Shown piece after piece: positions 46,661-64,000 of a DNA stretch of 64,000 nt (positions are counted from its first letter, which is position 1; each line of letters opens with the position of its first letter). Source of the stretch: the human T2T-CHM13v2.0 reference genome, Homo sapiens; the NCBI RefSeq assembly GCF_009914755.1, contig NC_060935.1; one strand, written 5' to 3'. A model generated the notes under the pieces. The model ran no database searches. It worked only from the letters and a program-made list of their open reading frames with translations, and was not told where the DNA came from. The translations under genes and the position numbers were made by a program.

Positions 46661-47309
46661 AGAAAATAGTCTATAATATAATAATATACATTTTATTTAA
46701 AAACAAAACTAAACTAAGATTGTTTTTCCAAGAATAGGGATGGATTTCTGTTTTCTCTCACATGATCCACTGGGTTTTGTAACCTGTTGGAATAATGGTA
46801 TATAAATAGCTGTGGAACAGAACAAAAAGGAATGAAGTAATGTCTGTCATGGAAATTACACGTTGATGACTGTAGCCATATGAGTGCATGGATTAACCAC
46901 TGAATTGAGAAGTACTCTTAGATTAGCATATTATGTCCTTTGAGGGGGAAACATTTTTTTTTTGCTCTCTTTCTGACTTCATGGGAGGTAGAAAGTGATG
47001 AAAGACGAGAGGGACCAGGAATCTTCCTGGTTGACAATTATAGTAGTAATGGATTGTTGAAATTGCTGTTTACTTACTGGTTCTTTATGAAATAAAGAAG
47101 TGATGGAGGTTCCTTTTATGTCACTAAATTATTAACCATACCTCAGATAATATGCCATACATTGTCTTTACACAGTGAGGTCATTGTGTACTGATGGTTT
47201 GCAATCAATCAGTTGTGCTAAAGACCAAGTTTAGTATCAGTGGGTGTGTTTGCAAACCATTCTGGCTTTGTGGTTAATGTTTATGAAAATGAAAATAGTC
47301 TTAACCACT

Positions 47310-52270
<4,961 letters not shown>

Positions 52271-52422
52271 TTTTTCTGATGACTGAATGAGTTTATTTCA
52301 TTCTAAAAGGCTTATTTACATCCACAGGGCAAACTTATACAAGGATTAGTCCTGGTCCTTATGGAAGATTGTCAGCTATAACAAGAAACATTGACTGCTT
52401 TGTAAAATTCACTGTATTGCAG

Positions 52423-52584
52423 GTCAACATATCTCAAGCTGACATGCAGGCCATTGGCAACACCATCACAATGGTAACGCAGGATGGCACGCCCATCACA
52501 GTCCCCGCCCATGATGCAGTCATCTCCTCAGCAGGAACGCACTCTGTTGCTATGGTTACTGCTGAGGGTACAGAAGGGCAACAG
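52423..52584 (+). CDS. ZNF143: ZNF143 exon 14 (162 nt)
   Basis: ttgcag|GTC...CAG|gtaatt; VNISQADM...EGTEGQQ (ORF 52369-52704). Confidence 0.97.
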
Positions 52585-52899
52585 GTAATTACTTTTTTCT
52601 GTTATGTCAATCAATACATATATCAGTACCAAAACAGTTACATAGGTATGCAATGTGGTACAACAGTTAAGCACACAAACTTGGGAGTGACTAATATTTT
52701 GTAACTTCTTAGCTACTTAACCCTCAGAGCCTGTTTTTCCTCATATGTAAAGTAGGGTGCTAGTTGCATGTACCCCATAAGGTTGATATAAGGATTGAAT
52801 GAGATAATGTATATAAGGTACTCAGCCCACATATATATTAAGTGTTCAGTAGTGGTAGCTATTCCTATTATCATCATTATCAGATACTTAGGAAATACT

Positions 52900-60650
<7,751 letters not shown>

Positions 60651-61426
60651 TTCTTATAGAATTAGGGAACATTATTGGGATTGATCCAAGCTAAATATCT
60701 ATTAGCTTAAAATGTAGCATTTTTAGTGGATGAATAGCCAAGTAAAACAGCAGTTTTCATTTTTAATCTATTCTTTCTCTGAATTTGGCTGAGTAAAATT
60801 TTAGAATATCATCTAACAGAAATAGTTAATTGCCATTTTCCATGTTATCTGCATTTTTTTAAAAAGTTGTACTTGTGGTATAAGAGCCACAAAAGCCCTT
60901 TTAATCCTCCTGGCTAGATGCTGCAAGAGGAGTATGGGAAGATTCCATGGAGTCTAAAATGGGAAATGAGTATGAGATGAGATGCTGTTTGTCAGTAGTA
61001 CCACTGGTCCTTTCAGTTTTCCTAGTTAAATGGAAATCTAATTTTAAATACGACAAGTAAAGAGGAAAAAAATCATTTATTTTCTCCTATGAGCCAATCT
61101 CAGGAAAAAAAAATGGACATTTGAGGTGCAAATTAGTCCACATACATAACTTCCCAAGCAGTCACTTAGGGGTAATAGAATCTAGGTACAGCCACATCTC
61201 CCTGGCTAATGGGGCCTGGCATAGCAGATCCATTTCTCCAGTGTTCTCTACCCTATTTTGCCATTGGCTCACTTCATAACCTTAGATAATGAGCCTCAAC
61301 TTCCTCAAATAAACCTCCTTTCAATATAGGCTTTGACAAGTCTATGGTCAGAGGAGTTTTTCCTTTTCAATTTGAAGAAATCCATTGTATTAAGTGGACT
61401 TTAACCTATTTAAATCGCAGGTTTAA

Positions 61427-61711
<285 letters not shown>

Positions 61712-62082
61712 TAGAATAATCTCTATCACCTAGCCTACTTTAAGGAAATCGGTGTATTTGAGGTGGACTCAAAAAGACCAGCACTTTGTTCTCTACCCAT
61801 CTTTGCATATTCTAGGGGAATTTATAGCAAGAAAAAAAACCTTCAGGTATATATCCCTGTGTGCACCCACCCAGGCATCTTTACTCTCAAAATAAAAGTC
61901 TAATTAGGCAGGGGTCTGTAAAGCACTTAAGAGCTACTCCTTAGAGAAAAACCTAGTGGAAACACAAATCCTAAATAAGTCCTCTGAGAATCCTTGCACA
62001 GCCCCCATTTTAAAGTGGGGAATGTCAGAAGACTTAGAAGGAATCATTCTCTGGGAAGCAGAGAATTTAGAATCTTAGGTGC

Positions 62083-63495
<1,413 letters not shown>

Positions 63496-63726
63496 GAGAC
63501 CTCATCATATCACCAGGCCTGGCTGCACATAGGATTTGAAATTCAAAAAAGAAAAAGAAATTGCATTGCATTATTCTCCCCTGCAGGAAATTGTTTTGTT
63601 CTCTTAATGTTTGAGTTAGCAGTAGTATTTTAACAATCCCAAGTGTCAGAATTACAGAGAGAAGTTTCACTTCTGGCATATAACATTTCTTTGGCATTTT
63701 CTTGACTGTGGCTTTTGAATTGTTAG

Positions 63727-63837
<111 letters not shown>

Positions 63838-64000
63838 TCCTCAGAACAATGGAGCAATAAAGCAGAAGGAGTCTTTCATCTTCTGGCAGCAGAAATCCAT
63901 GAAGCCCGGGCCCAGGAAAATTAGAAGTTTTCCATTCCTGATACACTGTACACATTTTTATGCGAGAGTGGAGAACATTTTATTCTTGACACTTTTGTGT
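63838..64000 (+). other. ZNF143: ZNF143 3'UTR (partial)
   Basis: follows the stop codon in the terminal exon. Confidence 0.9.

Overview
Primate (human-like) genomic DNA carrying the complete coding region of ZNF143 (Staf/SBF, a seven-C2H2 zinc-finger transcription factor) on the + strand. There are 15 coding exons (numbered 2-16; the non-coding first exon and promoter lie upstream of the window), from ATG 8426 to TAA 63837. All introns are GT-AG, and the spliced CDS is 1917 nt (638 aa). The introns are packed with Alu elements (roughly 95 copies or fragments by hand count) plus L1, L2, MIR and hAT remnants and simple repeats. Nearly all ORF-track entries are Alu-derived noise. I see no second gene and no clearly new multi-gene system. 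The best leads are cis-acting: a 31-bp near-perfect hairpin just upstream of the start-codon exon whose three mismatches all fall at CpGs; a candidate 73-nt poison exon; a candidate uORF-bearing 5'UTR exon; an in-frame Alu cryptic exon behind a 177-nt pure pyrimidine tract; a GAG/CAG NAGNAG acceptor; a palindromic CTCF motif; and several retrotransposon fossils (tailless Alu with TSD, single-TSD Alu tandem, local L1 inversion). Repeat family calls and boundaries come from recalled consensus sequences and are approximate.
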